Shown: piece after piece, positions 24,315 to 36,350 of the stretch
Numbering within the stretch: position 1 is the first letter of the stretch
Layout of the letters: each line of letters begins with the position of its first letter
NCBI RefSeq assembly: GCF_006345805.1
Contig: NW_021832859.1
Span: forward strand, 1 to 64,000
Origin: Octopus sinensis
Taxonomy: Eukaryota
Length of the DNA stretch: 64,000 nt
Reading direction: 5' to 3'
Translations under genes and position numbers: made by a program
The notes under the pieces: generated by a model
Seen by the model: the letters and a program-made list of their open reading frames with translations, nothing else
Told to the model about the DNA's origin: nothing
Databases searched by the model: none

Positions 24315-24999
24315 AATTTTTCTTGTGTTGTTTGTCTTGTACTCTGTTTTTTCGTTGTTAAAAAAAGGTCCGTTTCCATGCTTGCTTTTACGTGTTCGTT
24401 TCTCGTTGAGTTCTACGTCTATTTGTGGTGTCCTGTACTCACGTATATATATTTATATATACATATATATATACATGTAGATGTAGGTACGTACATATAT
24501 GTATGTATGTATGCATGTATTTTATTTATTAAATTATATATATATCATCGTCGGGATGGCCATAGATAATCCTACTTAGAGCAGAGAGAGGGAAACGGAG
24601 ACAGTTTGTAAGAATGAAGATGGTGGGTGGGGGGAATAGAGTGAACGGATGGGTATGTGAGGTGAATGGGTAAAAGAACGGTACATAACGGGGAAGAGAT
24701 GGAGGAATTTCAGTTAAATAATTAAAGATGTACATCATTCAAAAGACAGTACATCGGAATGATTGAGATTGACAAGAAAGAAAGAATGAGTAAGAGAAAT
24801 GTAGATGGAAGGAAGGCACTGAAGAGGATGGAGGATGAACAGGAGGAGGAAGAGGAGGGAAGGGAAAACAAAAATAAAGCGCTGAGACAAATAATAGCAT
24901 ATATCTTCAGAATGATGGGAAAATAGGAATTAGATATTCGTATGTAATTAGTATATGACAAGTTATTGGTGAGGTTATTTAATATTAATGCAGAAGCAC

Positions 25000-25565
25000 G
25001 GCGGCGAGCTGGCGGAATCGTTAGCACGACGGACGGAGTGCTTAGCGTTATTTCGCTCGTCGCTACGTTCTGAGTTCAAATTCCGCCGAGGTCGACTTTG
25101 CCTTTCATCCTTTCGAAGTCGATTAAAAAAGTACCAGTTACGCACTGGGGCCGATATAATCGACTTAATCCGTTTGTCTGTCCTTGTTTGTCTCCAGTGT
25201 ATTTAGCCCCTTGTGGGTAGTAAAGAGATAGGTATTTCGTCTGGCGCTACGTTCTGAGTTCAAATTCCGCCAAGGTCGACTTTGCAATTTCATCCTTTCG
25301 AAGTCGATTAAATAAGTACCAGTTACGCACTGGGGTCAATATAATCGACTTAATCCGTTTGTCTGTCCTTGTTTGTCTCCAGTGTGTTTAGCCCCATGTG
25401 GGTAGTAAAGAAATAGGTATTTCGTCTGCCGCTACGTTCTGTGTTCAAATTCTGCCGAGGTCGACTATGCCTTTCATGTTTTCAGGGTCGATAAATTAAG
25501 TAGCAGTTGCGTACTGGGGTCGACCATATCGACTAGACCCCTCCCCCAAAATTTCGGGCTTTGTA
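25000..25565 (+). mobile_element. SINE family B, tandem array of three units
   Basis: One head (ggcggcgagctggcggaatc); units 2 and 3 restart at tatttcgtct.gc.gctacgttctg. Confidence 0.85.
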
Positions 25566-25830
25566 AGTAAAGTAGAAAAAAAACAATATTATCCAAATAT
25601 TTTTATGACATCCGACCAGTTTATTACCAGGCGTCTTAGGTACATCTTCAGCATTTCCCCCTTATCCATATATGTGACTATATTTTTGCTTCTCTTGCTT
25701 CAACACTCGTTACAAACAGATACATTTTGTGGCCAATGCTTATAATGCACTTGTTGATCGCCATTTTGGATACAATAATAAACACATAATCTTTATTCTT
25801 TACACACTGGCAACAAATGGTACAATATAT

Positions 25831-25906
<76 letters not shown>

Positions 25907-25909
25907 GTT

Positions 25910-26125
25910 AATCCAAGCATGGAAACACAAAGAGAAAACAAAACAACGCGAGTACGTGGAACAAGTATAGTATTATTGGACGCTCAGGAAAGGAAGGAAA
26001 GGAAGACGATTTAACGTTTCGAGCGGAGCTCTTCGTCAAAAACATAGGAAAAGGAAAGATCCAGAGAAGGGAAGACGGAGGAAAAAAATCGCCAACGATA
26101 CACACGCGGTTACATTTTGAAATAT
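25910..26125 (-). mobile_element. Penelope-like terminal repeat with hammerhead-like motif at 26005-26039
   Basis: Minus strand: TTGACGA-A-GAGC tcc GCTC-GAAACG ttaaat CGTC; stem I not evident; downstream ttcctgagcgt shared with the 23.95/36.87-kb family. Confidence 0.55.
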
Positions 26126-26660
26126 ATATATATAAATAAACATACATTACAGAGAGGGATCAGAGTTTATATCGACACCTACACTGGTCATTTGGACAGC
26201 GTCGTTCAAAATTGTTTCCGAATTTAGTTCCAGTTCTTTATATTCAACTTACTTTTGTGTGTTCAGAATACGATTTTATCTACTAATACTGCCCCCTTCC
26301 TCATATTTCAAGACTAGTTCTAATTGCATTTATGTAGCTTCGTGGTCGACAAATTGCAGTACCAGTGGTACTCTGTGATCGTTTACCTTCAATAGTCTTT
26401 CCCTCAAAATTGCTGGCCTTGTGTCTAAACCAGGAAATATTTAGAGTACCGTTGTTGTCCCACTGGTGAGATGGCTGAATCGTTAGCGCCTCAGAGAAAA
26501 TGTGTTGCGGTAATTGGTTCGACTCATTACCTCCTGAGTTCAATTCCTACTGATATCAATATTGCCTTTCACCCTGACACTGTGGGTAAAATAAAGTACC
26601 AGTCAGGTATTAGGTTAAGTAAAATTAGCTAAAATATTCCTCTAAATTCAAGGACTTACC

Positions 26661-26892
26661 ACTCTTTTATTCTTTTACTCTTTTAATTGTTTCAGTCATT
26701 TGACTGCGGCCATGCTGGAGCACCGCCTTGAGTTGAGCAAATCGACCCCTGGACTTATTCTTTGTAAGCCCAGTACTTATTCTATCGGTCTCTTTTGCCG
26801 AACCGCTAAGTGACGGGGACGTAAACACACCAGCATCGGTTGCCAAGCAATGCTAGGGGGACAAACACAGACACACAAACATACACACACAC

Positions 26893-26941
<49 letters not shown>

Positions 26942-27106
26942 TACGACAGGCTTCTTTCAGTTTCTGTCTACCAAATCCACTCACAAGACATTGGTCGGCC
27001 CGAGGCTATAACAGAAGACACTTTCTCAAGATGCTACGTAGTGGGAGTGAACCCGGAACCATGTGGTTGGTAAGCAAGCTACTTACCACACAGCCATTCC
27101 TGCGCC
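26661..27106 (-). mobile_element. Full-length SINE family A
   Basis: Reverse complement aligns end-to-end with 8969-9381. Confidence 0.9.
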
Positions 27107-27883
27107 TATAAGAAGTAGCCTGCACCTATTGTTGCTGTTTTTTTCAGGGAATCATCAAAACGGTTCCAGCAATAACTGTAGAGGCATTTATTAGGCATTA
27201 TCTGCGAAGATATTCCTTATGGAAAATAAATATTTTGAATTACCTACCTTTCTGAATTGTATGATATTTGCCTACTACGTGCAGCAAATCCAACAATTGT
27301 AATATGAATTTATGTCTTTTTTTTCTTTCTATACGAATGGGTTTTTCTTGCGTCGGTTTCGTATTGATGAGTTCAGTTCCATACATTCAAATTCCTATAT
27401 TAATCCATCTCTTTACGATCAATAACAAACGTACGAAAACTGGTCCGGCACTCAGCAGAATCAGTCGAATTCCTCTCTAAAATACGCCAATAACCTTCTA
27501 CCCAATATGAGGAATTGTTATTATTACAGAAATATCGTCCACATTGCACGGTGACAGGATACATCCGCAGCGGGAGAAAACTTGAACGTGCATTCAATGC
27601 TAAATCAACAGAATGCTTACATCTGATGGCTACTTTCGCTTTCATTAATAGAAATATGATGTATTAAGACATCTTCTTTACTTCTCCTTTCCTTGGTTGG
27701 AAATCGACAATAATCTTCCTTTTCCTAATTCCATTTTGTGTATATTTCTTCATTTCTGCGAGTTTGTGTGCAAACGGCGATTTCGGAGGACATCTTTTAC
27801 AACAGGAATTATCCATTCGTAGACGTGAAAATTCTTTATCGTATTCTTTTATATAATGCATATATATATATATATATATATAA

Positions 27884-27942
<59 letters not shown>

Positions 27943-28140
27943 AGCATGAAAATGGTACGAATGATAAAATAACGTGTTATTTACCTATCATATGTAGTAA
28001 AGAATATGCTTGGAGGAAACCTGAGTAAAACAAAAATATTTTGTCTACGTCTGTAAAAGCTCTGTAGAAGTCAGGATAGACACACCATTAAAAAGAAAAG
28101 CAACCCCTATCATACCAGCAAGAGCAGCAAAGTAAAAAAA

Positions 28141-28178
<38 letters not shown>

Positions 28179-29821
28179 AATTGAGGGAAAAGAAGCTGAA
28201 GCATCATAGAAAGGAATATAAGATTTGATGTGTATTTGGCTAGCGTATAAATAACTGTGTTTATCTGCTTTAATATGAATAGTTGTCAAATAACTGATCT
28301 TCCGTTAGACAACTGAGAATTTCGCGAAGTAAAGCAAAACAAAAAATATACAAATACTGTTATATAAATAATAAATAAAACGGACAACTTAATGTATATA
28401 TTTTATTTCTGCGGTATATGAGACTACTCTTTTATATGTGTAAATGTATGTTTGTGTGGTTACAAATATAAACGTATACATGTACGTATATATGCATACA
28501 TACAGTCAAATATACACGCAAATATTAGAAATACGAAGACATTTTATATTTAGACAGACTCAGAAATATATGTTTTTGTACATATGCAGGTATAAAGAAA
28601 TGTGTATCGTTGTGAGAATAAGTATTCAAATACATACATGTGTGTGTTCATGTGCGAGTATCTGTGTGTGTATCTTTGTAAAGAAATGTATACATATATA
28701 TGCATGTTTGTATGCATGCGTGTATTTATGTGCTCCACGTACAATGACATTTATATAAATAAAAGGTTACGTTTTTGATATCTTCCAATACAAAGTGTAA
28801 AAACAGTAACTTGTACATTTAACATACGAATGTGTGTGTGTACATAAGTACATAAACAATTATATATGTATGTATATATATAAACACAAATATTTATGTA
28901 TATATCTGTGTGTCTGTGTGTGTATTTGTACAGGCAGTCATTAAGTGATTCTGGTGACTTGCTTGAAGATAGTACATATATATATATGTATGCATGTATG
29001 TATATAAGCATATACGTATATATATATATGTATATATATACACATATACATAAACATGTGTATATATATATATATATACATAAACATGGGTGTATATATA
29101 TATATATATACATAAACATGTGTGTGTATATATATATATATACACATATGCTTAAACATGTATATAATATATATATATATTACATACATACATAAACATG
29201 TGTGTATGTATATATATATATACATACATAAGCATGTGTGTATATATAATATATATATATATATTATTATATATATATATAATATAATATATATATATCT
29301 ATATATATATATATATATATATACATACTATATGCATATATGTATGTCTGTATATATGTATCGATATTGGTATTGATACGGGTATGTCTGTTTGAGTGCG
29401 ATTGAGAGTCTGACTGAATGAATGTGTGTGGTCCATGATTGTAAAATGGAAAGCAATTTATTACTTGATGTTGTCACCAAACTAAAAAGACCACACATCA
29501 AGTATCGAATTCTTATTTTCCATAAATTTTTTTTGCTATATTCTTAGTTTTATTCTCCAAATTGCATCACCACTAGGCCAGTGCTAGCACTAACACTGCT
29601 GACGCCACAACCACCAAACAACTATTACCACCATGACCACCACTACTACATCTACACGTGGACAGCGGCGCAGTGGTCGGTAATTCGACGTAAGAGATGC
29701 CGAAAGTTACATGAAATGGAGAATATAATAATTTAACTATGATAGTTTCAAAAGCAGTAAATTTGTGTGTATTTTATTTTAATGCCGTGCGTTTTAGAAA
29801 CAATTAACGCAGTAGTAGTAA

Positions 29822-29867
<46 letters not shown>

Positions 29868-29921
29868 TCTTTCATTGCATTTGCCTGAAGGGCCCAAGAA
29901 TTCATTACAACGCTTTACAAA

Positions 29922-30200
29922 CTAGTGGTTAGCCATATTAAGATGGCTAGTATACTTTACGTTGTCGAGCGCTTACTGTTTACATCTCGTCAGAGATTTA
30001 TTAGGCTATATATATGTATATATATATACATACATACTTTTGCGCATAATAATAATATATCTATATATATCGTAATCGGTGATTACCAGCCCGTTGACAA
30101 GAGGCAACAACCTCGAAACTACAGTCGTGCGTATCACTTAGGCTTACGAGAAAGGGATGGCCTCTCTTGCAGATACCATAAGGGCACAGATAGTGTGCCT
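29922..30200. mobile_element. Fragments of the fold-back hammerhead repeat family: HHR-like motif on the minus strand (29950-29998) and U3-A8 HHR on the plus strand (30094-30137)
   Basis: 29922-29998 aligns to 1814-1887; 30079-30198 aligns to 31164-31285. Confidence 0.7.
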
Positions 30201-30334
30201 CTATTCAACGGCGGTGCATCAGCATGGCCGCAGCTCTGAGCTGAAACTAGAAAAAATATATATATATATATATATATATAAAAAAAATACAAAATGAAAC
30301 AAGAACACAAGACATCCGGACAACATTTGTTCTT

Positions 30335-30389
<55 letters not shown>

Positions 30390-30631
30390 CTATGTGTGTG
30401 TGCCTGTGTGTGTGTGTATGTGTATGTATTAAAAATTTAGATTCGGACGAATACGGTACTTAAGTTGAGGAAATAAGGTGATTATATTAAAAATTAGTGA
30501 AAAATATGTAGAGGGTGACCACTGTGGTCGATGTAATCTAATTATTCACTCCTCTGAAATTGCTGGCCTTGTGGCAAAATTGAAATTAGTTTACGTTCAT
30601 CATATCCAATTCAATATTATCCAAACATCAA

Positions 30632-30713
30632 AGCGGCGAGCTGGCAGAAACGTTAGCACACCGAGCGAAATGCTTAGTGGTATTCCGTCTGTCGTTACGT
30701 TATGAGTTCAAAT
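30632..30713 (+). mobile_element. SINE family B head, truncated
   Basis: gcggcgagctggcagaaacgttagcac...gagttcaaatt, ending at the (TA)n edge of the large palindrome. Confidence 0.8.
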
Positions 30714-30734
30714 TATATATATATATATATATTA

Positions 30735-30770
<36 letters not shown>

Positions 30771-31163
30771 TGTATGTATGTATGTATCAAATGAAATAAA
30801 TGAAAAACAGGACACAAAGGATGGATGTTTCGTCATATGTTTCGGGCTTTATAGACAACTTATTCTTACATCAATGCATAATCGACTAACAGATAGTTCA
30901 AAAGCCTTCTTCAGCCGCGGTGCAATGCTACACCAAGACTTGTCTCACATTATAAATTTTATATATATATTATATATGTAAAGTATTCCAGCCATCTTAT
31001 ATGGCTACCACTAGGGGTATTACTGTAGCTTTTAGCCCCAGGAGATCATCGTCTCCAGCTGGCTTTAGACACAATCCTGTACCCTTTAATGATATTCGCA
31101 AAGGGAGTCATCCCCTCTCGAAAGCCTAAGTGATACGCATGGACTGCAGTATCGAAACCACCC

Positions 31164-31222
31164 GTGATTAGCGTGTGTTGACAAGAGACAGTAATCTCGA
31201 AACTGCAGTCCATGCGTATCAC
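31164..31222 (+). ncRNA. Type I hammerhead with a U3-A8 variant core
   Basis: Stem I CGTGTG/CATGCG plus GTGAT/ATCAC; core TTGACAA 31178-84; stem II GAGA/TCTC; GAAA; stem III ACTGCAGT palindrome; GUC site at 31208-31210. Confidence 0.7.
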
Positions 31223-31439
31223 TTAGGTTTTCGAGAGGGGATGACCTCCCTTTGCGAATATCATTAAAGGGCACAGGATTGTGTCTAAAGCCAGCGGGAG
31301 ACGATGATCTCATGGGGCTAAAAAGCTACAGTAATACCCCTAGTGGTTAGCCATATAAAGATGGCTGGAATACTTTACATATATATATATATATATAAAT
31401 TTTATAATGTGATACAAGTCTTTGGTGTAGCAATTGCAC

Positions 31440-31532
31440 GCGGCTGAAGAAGGCTTTTGAACTATCTGTTATGTCGATTATGCATTGATGTAAGAATAAG
31501 TTGTTCTATAAAGCCCGAAACATATGTACCGC
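31440..31532 (+). ncRNA. Type I hammerhead with long stem II insert
   Basis: Stem I GCGG/CCGC; CTGAAGA 31444-50; GGCTTT/AAAGCC (A.C at 10.1-11.1); GAAA 31517-20; palindromic stem III ACATATGT; GUA site. The mirror copy in the left arm has lost the GUA and stem I. Confidence 0.7.
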
Positions 31533-31596
31533 AACATCCATCCTTTGTGTCCTGTTTTTCATTTATTTCATTTGATACATACATACATATATATTA

Positions 31597-31631
<35 letters not shown>

Positions 31632-32349
31632 ACTGTATATATTTCATATACATATTGAACGCGGCATAAAATATTTTCCAAATTATATATTCACTCACAC
31701 AATCACATACAATCAGATATGGATATGTAAAAACCATGACTGGAACAGAAAAAAAAGATTTGCGCTGAATGTGTTTGGACATGTTGACCCAAAATTACCA
31801 CCTTTACAAATTTGTACACGCACACATGTATATATGTGTGTTCATATATGTGTATATGTGTGTGCATATTTACTTACACACATATGTATTTATATGTATA
31901 TATATGTGTATGGTCCTTTGTGTGTGTGTTTGCTTTCGTTTTCCTTAGCATTGATTCCACCACAATCCGTGTTGTTGGACGGCGTTCAAATGGGGAGATC
32001 AGACAGGATAAAAATATTTGCATTGAAGAACATGAAGAACATATGCCATAGAGTATGTCTACGTTGAAATGGTAAATTTACATTTCTGCTGGTGGAATTA
32101 GTCTGTTGAATAATGAGATTATGATTGCCAAAAGTTAGAGTTGCTCTGACCACTGTTTTTGCGGTTGGGCGGGGGGTTGGGTGTTGGGGGGTGGTGGTGG
32201 GGGTCTCCGACAGCATATTTCTCTTGCTATCAGTGTTGAGGAATTGATTGGTTCCGATGGAGTTATTAAAAGAACTGATCGAATCGAAGACTAAGAGAAG
32301 AATAAATGAATACTGACTGCTGTTCATCGTTGCTTACTACTTTACATAG

Positions 32350-32354
32350 AATAC

Positions 32355-32385
<31 letters not shown>

Positions 32386-32534
32386 GTATATATGTATATA
32401 TATACATACACACACACATGTATATATATATACATATATATATATGATATATATACATACATATATATATATATGTATATATATATGTATATATATATAT
32501 GTATATATATATACTATATATATGTATATATATG

Positions 32535-32577
<43 letters not shown>

Positions 32578-32606
32578 TACATATATATATACATATATAT
32601 ATGTAC

Positions 32607-32665
<59 letters not shown>

Positions 32666-32830
32666 ACATACAAATATAATATATATATGAGAGAGAGGAT
32701 GAAACCCACAGACACACATATATAATATATACATATATATATATAAATGGATATATATTTGTGAGTGTATGTATGCATCACACCACACACACACACACAT
32801 ACACACACACACACATGTATGTATATATGA
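32350..32830. repeat. Degenerate (TA)n/(CA)n tract
   Basis: Direct reading. Confidence 0.95.
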
Positions 32831-33283
32831 ATTTGTATGTGTATAAGTATGTATACCTTATATCAGCAAAGATTGAGTGGCGATAGACTTCTAATGATTA
32901 GATAATGTGGTTGTGATAAGTGTATATTGATCGGTACTTGTAAGAACGTTTAGACTGTAGTGTAATATGCTAGAAATAACAGCTAGTGTTCCTCATGTTT
33001 CCTTTACTACGCTGGAAATACGAAGGCTACATTATGTAGAGACGAAAGAAACCCTATTGATGCAGACAGAAATGGTGGGAGATTTGGATGGAGGTGTAGG
33101 AGGAGAGAAAAATTGATACGGGTGGAGTAAAGCAGGATGTGTCATATTAGAGAGAGAGAGAGGGGGAACAGGCAAAGTGAGAGGGAGGATGAGAGAGACA
33201 GAGAGGAAAGAGTGAAAGAGAGAGAACTAGGGAAAAAGAATGCGGGTAGATAGAAAGAAAGGGGGGAAAGAGAGAGAAAGATA

Positions 33284-34060
33284 GGCGTGGCTGAGTGCTA
33301 AGAAACTTGCTTACAAACCAGAGGGTTCAGGGTTCAGTCCCACTGCGTGACACCTTGGGCAAGCGCCTTTTGCTATAGCGTCCGGCCGACCAAGGCCTTG
33401 TGAGTGGATTTGGTAGACGGAAACTGAAAGAAATACATCGCATTTATGTGTGTGTGTGTGTGTTTGTCCGCCCCCCCGCTCTACAGCCGGTGTTGGTGTA
33501 GCTATGTCTCCGTAAGTTAGTGGTTCGGCAAAAGACCCGATAAGCACTACTCTTTTACTCGTTTCAGTCATTTGACTGCGGCCATGCTGGAGCATCGCCT
33601 CTTTAGTCGAGCAAATCGATCCCCAGGACTTATTCTTTGTAAGCCTAGTACTTATTCTATCGGTCTCTCATGCCGAACCGTTAAGTTACGGGGACATAAA
33701 CACACCAGCATCGGTTGTCAAGCAATGTTGGGGGGACAAACACAGACACACTAACACACACACAGTACATATATATATATATATGTATATGACGGGATTC
33801 TTTCAGTTTCCGTCTACCAAATCCACTCACAAGACTTTGGTCGGCCCGAGGCTATAGTAGAAGATAGTCGCCCAAGGTGCCACGCAGCGGGACTGAACCC
33901 GGAACCATGTGGCTCGTAAGCAAGCTAATTACCACACAACCATTCCTACGGATAAAAAACAATAAATCCTGGGGTCGATTTCTTCGACCGAAGCTCTTCA
34001 AGGCGGTGCTCCAGCATGGCCGCAGTCATATGACTGAAATAAATAAAAGAATAAAAGATT
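33284..34060 (+). mobile_element. Diverged SINE family A interrupted by a younger antisense family A copy (33549-33950)
   Basis: 5' part 33284-33548 (+), complete minus copy 33549-33950, 3' part ~33960-34060 (+). Confidence 0.8.
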
Positions 34061-34685
34061 AAAATGAGGAAGAGAGAGAGAGGGAGAGAGAAAGACACGG
34101 AGATATAGAGATGGAGAACGAGAAAGGGAGAGACATACAGACGCAATGATAGAGAAAAAGAGTGAGGGAAAGAGAGCAATTCAGAGTGAGAGAGAGAAAG
34201 AGAGTGAGAGAGTCAGGCAGAGAGAGATTCAGGCAGAGAGAGAGATTCAGGCAGAGAGAGAGAGAGTCAGGCTGAGAGAGAGCGAGAGAGAGATAGAGGG
34301 AGAAGGAATTGTTACGTATATAAAACACCCGTCTAAGTTGATTTTGCAGTGTTGCGGGTACGTTTCTTATTAAAATTCTCTGCGTGTCCCGTAAACTGCT
34401 GCGTGTTGTTGCTGACACGCATGTTGTAACTTTATCGTGACTAACCACGATTCAACGAAGCGTGTCATAGTTGAGCCGTGACTAACCTTCACTAACTAGA
34501 GGAAAGATAAGACTAATTCCACCACGCGGTTGTCAGTGATAAATACTAATTAAAATTCACCAGCCCGCTCGCCGAGCTGACTAGAAAGTTAACTTTGCTT
34601 AGTAATCAATTATAATTGTGGGGATTAATTACAAGAGAAAAAGATCCGAAATTTTAATTAACATTAATTAAAACCAAAATGTTGG

Positions 34686-34797
34686 TGCAAGCGTAGCTGT
34701 GTGGTAAGAGGTTTGCATATCGACCACATAGGTTCTAGGTTCAGTTTGTCTTCGCCTAAGTGGATTTGGTTGACGGAAACTGAAAGAAGGCCGTCAT
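34686..34797 (+). mobile_element. SINE family A, deleted 5' fragment
   Basis: gtagctgtgtggtaagagg...ggttcagt joined to gtggatttggttgacggaaactgaaagaagg. Confidence 0.7.
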
Positions 34798-34837
34798 CTC
34801 TCTCTCTCTCATCATATATAATTATATCACGTGATCC

Positions 34838-35358
34838 CGGGACCTCTGCCGGAGCCTCGTGGAGCTTTTAGGTGTTTTCGCTCAATAAATATTCACAACG
34901 CCCGGTCTGGGAATCGAAACCGCGTTCAACGACTGCGAGTTCGCTGCCCTAAACACTGGGCCATCGCGCCTCCACTACTGTTGATGTTGAGCGAACGGTC
35001 TTCGTCCCAGAGCTCGCAAGATAGGAGAAGTCCGAAACGTGGCCCTTTGCTATTCGTAAGACCCGCAGGAGAGAAAGCAGGTCAACCCCCGACACTGAGA
35101 GCATCAACGGATGGATGAATGCGCATCCAGGCTCAGCGCTTGCGTAGGAAGTCGGGGACAAGAAACAGGAAGAAAGGGTGAGATAAAGTTGCAGCGAAAG
35201 AGTACAACAGGGGTCGCCACCGACCCCTGCCGGAGCCTCGTGGAGCTTTAGTGGTTTTCGCTCAATAATAAACACACACAACGCCCGGTCTGGGAATCGA
35301 AACTGCCATCCTCCGACCATGAGTCCGCTGCCATAACCATTAGGCCATTGCGCCTCCT
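34838..35358 (-). mobile_element. Two tandem SINE family D copies: full (34983-35358) and head only (34838-34975)
   Basis: Reverse complements start ggaggcgc(a/g)atggcc.a.tg.tta.ggcagcg, with B-box gtttcgattccc, matching 48705-48830. Confidence 0.85.
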
Positions 35359-36013
35359 ACTGTTGGTGTTGCTGTCAACGTCATCGTTGTTGTTACTGTC
35401 GTTGCTTCAGGCTCGAAAGTAAAACGGTTTTACCAACAATGAGGTATTAGTTGTATTGCGAAGACCATATTCGCTCCCTAACGAATTGTCAGCATTCACA
35501 TTTTAATTAGTTTATAATAATTAAAATTTCCGATCTTTTCCCTTCTGTAATTATTCTAAGCAACTATATATGATGATTAAGCAAACGTAACTATCTGCTG
35601 ACCTGCAGGTGAATTTTAATTAATACTTATGACTGATGACAGACAGATTATCAGAAACAATACCATGTGGTGTTTTTGTATTCCCTGTCCGCCTTCTGAG
35701 TCATACTTAGCTTAGGTTTTTACTAACCCATTCACCGACTTGTAGGCGAGGCGTGACGACTAATCTGAATCGTAGACACAAAGGCCAGCCTGCAGAGAGA
35801 TGGCGCTGAGAGATCATTCCTGTTGGAAGAGACATGTGCTCTGCAGAACGAATGAATAAATAATTAGCTACCGACGTCTCTCTCCCAGCCTCTCTGTGTG
35901 TATAGATAGATAGATAGATCACGTATAGCCTTCGACTTATCTATACCATTGTTTTTAAAGCTAATATTCCCACGATATTATTTATGTATCTCTCTGCTTT
36001 AACCCTCTTCAGA

Positions 36014-36048
<35 letters not shown>

Positions 36049-36074
36049 TGATAAATAAAAACATATGCATACAT

Positions 36075-36350
36075 ACAAACATATATGTACGTACCTACAT
36101 CTACATGTATATATACATGCATATATAAATAATTATACGGGAGTACAGGACATCACAATAAGACGTAGAAACCGAAAAAAACAAAAAACAAAAAAGAAAA
36201 CGAAAAACGAAAAACAAGAAAACGAAAAACAAATACATGACGAGCTACACAAGGACAAACCCCCGTCATCAGCTGTCGCTAGTGGAGTCAGGCATGTTTC
36301 GAAGGCATAGACAGAACACTAATCCAATAGGCCTTCCTGCGAGAGAATTA
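36075..36350 (-). mobile_element. Dispersed repeat carrying the rearranged hammerhead motif (copy C, motif at 36260-36320)
   Basis: Minus strand: GTGT-T-CTGTC-TATGCCTTC-GAAACAT-linker-GACAG-CTGATGA-C-GGGGG; 5' gcaggaagg and 3' ttctacgtct..tgtg.tgtcctgtactc.cgtat shared with copy B. Confidence 0.75.

Larger units (their letters stand above)
30714..31631. repeat. ~0.9-kb inverted repeat (arms ~440 bp, ~41-bp spacer) made of hammerhead-bearing Penelope-like repeats
   Basis: 30781-31155 is the reverse complement of 31197-31580 with few differences; the flanking (TATG)n/(TA)n tracts are mirrored too. Confidence 0.9.

Noticed and set aside
31960-32320. GC-richer block with short ORFs
   Set aside because: All frames terminate quickly and there is no consistent splice-site pair.
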